This document shows, in pieces, positions 63,001 through 64,000 of a DNA stretch of 64,000 nucleotides (positions are counted from its first letter, which is position 1; each line of letters begins with the position of its first letter). The notes beneath the pieces are model-generated. The model was not told the origin of the DNA. It worked only from the letters and a program-made list of their open reading frames with translations, and made no database searches. Made by a program: the position numbers and the translations under genes. The stretch comes from Thalia democratica (lineage: Eukaryota), in the NCBI GenBank assembly GCA_965202585.1, contig OZ241826.1, positions 104,036,001 through 104,100,000 of the forward strand, written 5' to 3'.

Positions 63001-63428
63001 GCTTTATTAATACAAATAGAAAGCATAAAAAACGAACATTTATTGTTAGCTTAATTTAGTTAGCACAGTTCGCAACTAAACATAAACAAATCAAATCTTT
63101 AATTAACAAGTAAGTATAATAGTTGATAACTCAAGGATAGTTAAAGCTTTAACTTTATAGTATATTAAAAAGTTAACTGTTAGAAAAATTTTTGGTTTTT
63201 AAACCAAGTTATTATGCTAATAAGTAAATCGGTTGTTTAGGTTCTACAACATGTAAAAAGTTAAAAATTAAAAATTTCTAGACGTAAATATATATAGATT
63301 ATACTTTATGTATAATAGTTAACAGACAAATATACTTACGGTCTGGCGGTTTAACGACTTTTACTTGTTTATCTTCTCCCCACAAAATATTATTTGCTTG
63401 TGCAAGCCATTGGTTCAATTTGCTGTCT
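1..63428 (-). CDS. Giant secreted VWF-like / gel-forming-mucin-like protein (EGF x6 - VWD/C8/TIL x3 plus D' - about 35 VWA with PTS mucin repeats); partial, 89 exons in window, continues past both edges
   Basis: All exons have canonical GT-AG junctions and consecutive phases match when joined by hand (33,568 nt, about 11,190 codons, no stop). No start codon, signal peptide or terminal exon is seen. Domains were recognised from motifs: EGF Cys spacing, CGLCGN, TFDG, CECFC, DxSxS...TDG. Confidence 0.9.
341..6018 (-). CDS. Super-module copy 4: PTS array + 6 degenerate VWA
   Basis: Exons 5383-6018, 5153-5319, 4589-4819, 1711-4223, 985-1237, 341-737; motif CPTGQMTFLYDVALFAP. Confidence 0.9.
5425..5960 (-). 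repeat. Coding 33-bp tandem repeat, about 16 units
   Basis: Same unit, directly visible. Confidence 0.95.
6318..12296 (-). CDS. Super-module copy 3: 10-aa PTS repeat + 6 degenerate VWA
   Basis: Exons 11949-12296, 11527-11675, 11055-11270, 8290-10772, 7500-7740, 6806-7047, 6318-6463; motif CDLGEITFLYDVSLFTP. Confidence 0.9.
11975..12255 (-). repeat. Coding 30-bp tandem repeat (KTTTPTEEVV), about 9 units
   Basis: Plus-strand unit similar to TTCTTCAGTTGGTGTAGTTGTCTTAACAAC. Confidence 0.9.
12504..20256 (-). CDS. Super-module copy 2: PTS array + 6 degenerate VWA
   Basis: Exons 18335-20256, 16670-16888, 16135-16306, 13640-15974, 13162-13405, 12504-12921; motif CPAGEITLLYDVALFSP. Confidence 0.9.
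16871..17300 (-). repeat. 66/67-bp tandem array carrying 7 copies of a splice acceptor plus the first 18 nt of the exon
   Basis: Acceptor AG (plus-strand CT) at 16889, 16956, 17022, 17088, 17155, 17221, 17287. Confidence 0.93.
17305..17720. repeat. Intronic AT-rich 36-bp minisatellite, about 11 degenerate units
   Basis: Unit similar to TTGTATGATATTTATGATCTTTTATACATAAAAAAG. Confidence 0.85.
18590..20220 (-). repeat. Coding 33-bp tandem repeat, about 49 units
   Basis: Same unit, directly visible. Confidence 0.95.
20326..25924 (-). CDS. Small Thr-rich exons plus three VWA domains (first has intact MIDAS DSSSS...TDG)
   Basis: Exons 25868-25924, 25556-25618, 25067-25200, 24566-24802, 23871-24117, 23486-23616, 23055-23229, 22592-22737, 22097-22382, 21729-21853, 21319-21555, 20773-21001, 20326-20436. 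Confidence 0.84.
26394..33460 (-). CDS. Super-module copy 1: PTS array + 6 degenerate VWA
   Basis: Exons 31017-33460, 30725-30949, 27579-30073, 27122-27362, 26394-26844; shared motif CPAGEITFLYDVALFSP. Confidence 0.9.
31165..33450 (-). repeat. Coding 33-bp tandem repeat, about 69 units, with higher-order duplication
   Basis: Same unit as 44740-46180; rare variants recur at a 738-bp offset. Confidence 0.95.
33980..36867 (-). CDS. Thr/Lys linker, VWA with near-intact MIDAS (DSTSS...TDG) and a degenerate VWA
   Basis: Exons 36416-36867, 35950-36189, 35339-35573, 34819-34946, 34476-34653, 33980-34243. Confidence 0.86.
37084..39656 (-). CDS. Degenerate VWA (3 exons) plus a probable 30-nt micro-exon
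   Basis: Exons 39529-39656, 38118-38289, 37456-37725, and 37084-37113 (TTTTTACAG acceptor, GTATGT donor, phase 1-1). Confidence 0.8.
38595..39476 (+). mobile_element. 5'-truncated Penelope-like retroelement fragment (C-terminal GIY-YIG endonuclease region and 3' end), antisense within an intron
   Basis: Frame 38701-38997 reads NKYVNSTELSKLIHKLKNEG...WKILEK...CKLCLKEAL.I...INKKSELMGSCRHRNKFLL, which I recognise as the PLE endonuclease tail. Flanked by a 14-bp direct repeat TAGTCTAAATACTA (38581-38594, 39477-39490). Has poly-T and (CT)n tracts and a hammerhead motif near the 3' end. Confidence 0.8.
39404..39447 (+). ncRNA. Minimal type I hammerhead ribozyme motif of the kind found in PLEs
   Basis: CTGAAGA (39407-39413); stem II GA.TT.GAC-TATCT-GTC.TT.TC; GAAAC (39433-39437); AGCT; GTT cleavage triplet. 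AACAGCTGTT is a perfect palindrome. Stem I has only 3 bp, so activity is uncertain. Confidence 0.6.
40020..40694 (-). CDS. PTS mucin exon with a 9-aa repeat (VVTTSTEE/KP)
   Basis: Phase 1-1 exon of 675 nt, open frame, 27-bp tandem unit. Confidence 0.88.
40100..40570 (-). repeat. Coding 27-bp tandem repeat (VVTTSTEEP), about 17 units
   Basis: Plus-strand unit GTTGACGTGGTAACAACAGGTTCTTCT. Confidence 0.9.
40959..43636 (-). CDS. VWA with intact MIDAS followed by a degenerate VWA (6 exons)
   Basis: Exons 43509-43636 (DVLFLVDTSSS), 43114-43347 (GGSTFT...IIITDG), 42553-42799, 41973-42118, 41518-41725, 40959-41213; phases consistent. Confidence 0.87.
43947..47479 (-). CDS. 3.5-kb exon: two degenerate VWA domains, a 33-bp PTS array, a third VWA domain and a Thr-rich tail
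   Basis: ORF 43906-47472; acceptor TTTACAG at 47480, donor GTAAAT below 43947; VWA first strands ADIAVVIDS, SDLYIMWDKS, DNIVILG. Confidence 0.9.
44740..46180 (-). repeat. Coding 33-bp tandem repeat (VTTTTEKVEPG), about 43 units
   Basis: Plus-strand unit ACCTGGTTCAACCTTTTCAGTTGTTGTAGTAAC; unit count is span/33. Confidence 0.95.
47746..51778 (-). CDS. D3 assembly: VWD3 - C8 - TIL - E, then a Pro/Thr linker
   Basis: Exons 51634-51778, 51236-51386, 50729-50946, 50164-50274, 49723-49854, 49202-49358, 48533-48697, 48179-48296, 47746-47931. Motifs YGEAHYTTFDG, GETCGLCGNFDG, YDSCTCDEGGDCECFC...WRTPDICP...CTWHYKEC, closely matching VWF/MUC2-type D3. Confidence 0.92.
48781..48816 (-). pseudogene. Intronic copy of the acceptor plus 5' part of exon 48533-48697
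   Basis: TTACAG then ALMCVEFNNKNL; parent AAACAG then ALMCEEFNNKNL. Confidence 0.8.
52012..52651 (-). CDS. D' region (TIL' - E')
   Basis: Exons 52550-52651 and 52012-52159: CMPGEVYKSC...CRATC...CEPGCGCPDG...CPCFHGG. Confidence 0.88.
52437..52496 (-). pseudogene. Intronic copy of the 3' half plus donor of exon 52550-52651
   Basis: 60 nt with 3 differences from the parent, all synonymous; separated from the parent by a 53-nt spacer containing (AT)n. Confidence 0.85.
52499..52518. repeat. (AT)n microsatellite
   Basis: Directly visible; lies in the spacer between an exon and its half-exon copy. Confidence 0.8.
52863..56233 (-). CDS. D2 assembly: VWD2 - C8 - TIL
   Basis: Exons 56063-56233, 55270-55439, 54942-55053, 54588-54661, 54207-54329, 53735-53953, 53079-53319, 52863-52939. 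Motifs CSVTGNSHIHTFD, WNGKLCGLCGNYN, CMFQACQC...WRKDDFC, QVYQQCGSSCQSTC. Confidence 0.9.
55784..56025 (-). pseudogene. Three intronic copies of the 3' end plus donor of exon 56063-56233
   Basis: Copies at about 55976-56025, 55881-55932 and 55784-55835; each ends in a GT donor in the same phase. Confidence 0.85.
56852..59748 (-). CDS. D1 assembly: VWD1 - C8 - TIL
   Basis: Exons 59543-59748, 58984-59108, 58544-58755, 58247-58371, 57909-58031, 57579-57684, 56852-57089. Motifs CSLWGGRHHVTFDG, GGLCGDNDG, MVYKQCGSSCPKTC. Confidence 0.88.
57487..57544 (-). pseudogene. Intronic copy of the 3' half plus donor of exon 57579-57684
   Basis: Reads RQCSLQTDFDANWRTRGFC then GTTAG; parent reads RQCSLQTDLDANWRTRGFC then GTTAG. 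Confidence 0.85.
60241..62844 (-). CDS. Six single-EGF exons
   Basis: Exons 62746-62844, 62406-62498, 61976-62071, 61545-61637, 60761-60859, 60241-60336. All are phase 1-1, 93-99 nt, and encode six-Cys EGF patterns, e.g. ICDPPCDHGKCVGNNHCECEIGYTGNNC. Confidence 0.92.
63340..63428 (-). CDS. First visible exon (DSKLNQWLAQANNILWGEDKQVKVVKPPD), linker before the EGF array
   Basis: TTCAG acceptor and GTAAGT donor; 89 nt, phase 2 in and phase 1 out, which matches the next EGF exon. Confidence 0.7.
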
Positions 63429-64000
63429 CTGAATTTTTTTAGTAAATAGTAGACTTCTTATTTATAAAAGAAAATAAATATCAACTACTATAAAATATTA
63501 TTTGCTTGTGCAAGCCATTGGTTCAATTTGCTGTCTCTGAAATTACTTAGTAAATAGTAAACTTCTTATTTATTAAAAAAAATTAAATATCAACTATTAT
63601 AAAATATTATTTGCTTGTGCAAGCCATTGGTTCAATTTGCTGTCTCTGAATTATTTTAGTAATTAGTAAATTTCTTTTTAAAAAAGAAAATTAATATCAA
63701 CTACTATAAAATATTATTTGCTTGTGCAAGCCATTGGTTCAATTTGCTGTCTCTGAATTTTTTTAGTAAATAGTAGACTTCTTATTTATTAAAAAAAATT
63801 AAATATCAACTATTATAAAATATTATTTGCTTGTGCAAGCCATTGGTTCAATTTGCTGTCTCTGAATTATTTTAGTAACTAGTAAACTTCTTTTTTAAAA
63901 AGAAAATTAATATCAACTACTATAAAATATTATTTGCTTGTGCAAGCCATTGGTTCAATTTGCTGTCTCTGAATTTTTTTAGTAAATAGTAGACTTCTTA
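63385..64000 (-). repeat. About 108-bp tandem array: acceptor plus first about 45 nt of exon 63340-63428; at least 6 copies, runs off the window
   Basis: Acceptor positions 63429, 63537, 63646, 63753, 63862, 63969; the exon-derived part is identical in all copies. Confidence 0.93.

Noticed and set aside
1-63428. Assigning a symbol such as VWF, MUC2, MUC5 or COL6A3
   Set aside because: The architecture matches none of them (no collagen helix, EGF before D1, about 35 VWA); orthology needs a phylogeny.

Overview
Eukaryotic (animal) genomic DNA with AT-rich GT-AG introns and more GC-rich exons. The whole window is the interior of one very large minus-strand gene that is open at both ends. By hand I joined 89 exons with matching splice phases into about 33.6 kb of coding sequence (about 11,190 codons) with no stop. 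Domain order from N to C terminus (high to low coordinate): 6 EGF repeats; a VWF/gel-forming-mucin D1-D2-D'-D3 block (VWD-C8-TIL); then about 35 VWA domains with Thr-rich mucin (PTS) tandem repeats between them. The 3' half is four diverged copies of a [PTS + 6 VWA] super-module. One intron holds a Penelope-like retroelement fragment with a 14-bp flanking direct repeat and a minimal hammerhead-ribozyme motif. The most unusual signal is repeated duplication of splice junctions. Four half-exon copies lie in introns next to their parent exons and differ mostly at synonymous sites (19 synonymous vs 5 non-synonymous codon changes). Two tandem arrays multiply an acceptor site, and in one of them every unit is itself a GT...AG mini-intron. 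Also noted: introns specific to single module copies, near-identical 33-bp mucin repeats shared by arrays about 46 kb apart, and a strong excess of the palindrome TGACGTCA in exons. The organism cannot be identified from the sequence; a marine invertebrate, possibly a tunicate, is only an inference. All coordinates and counts were made by eye and may be off by a few bases.
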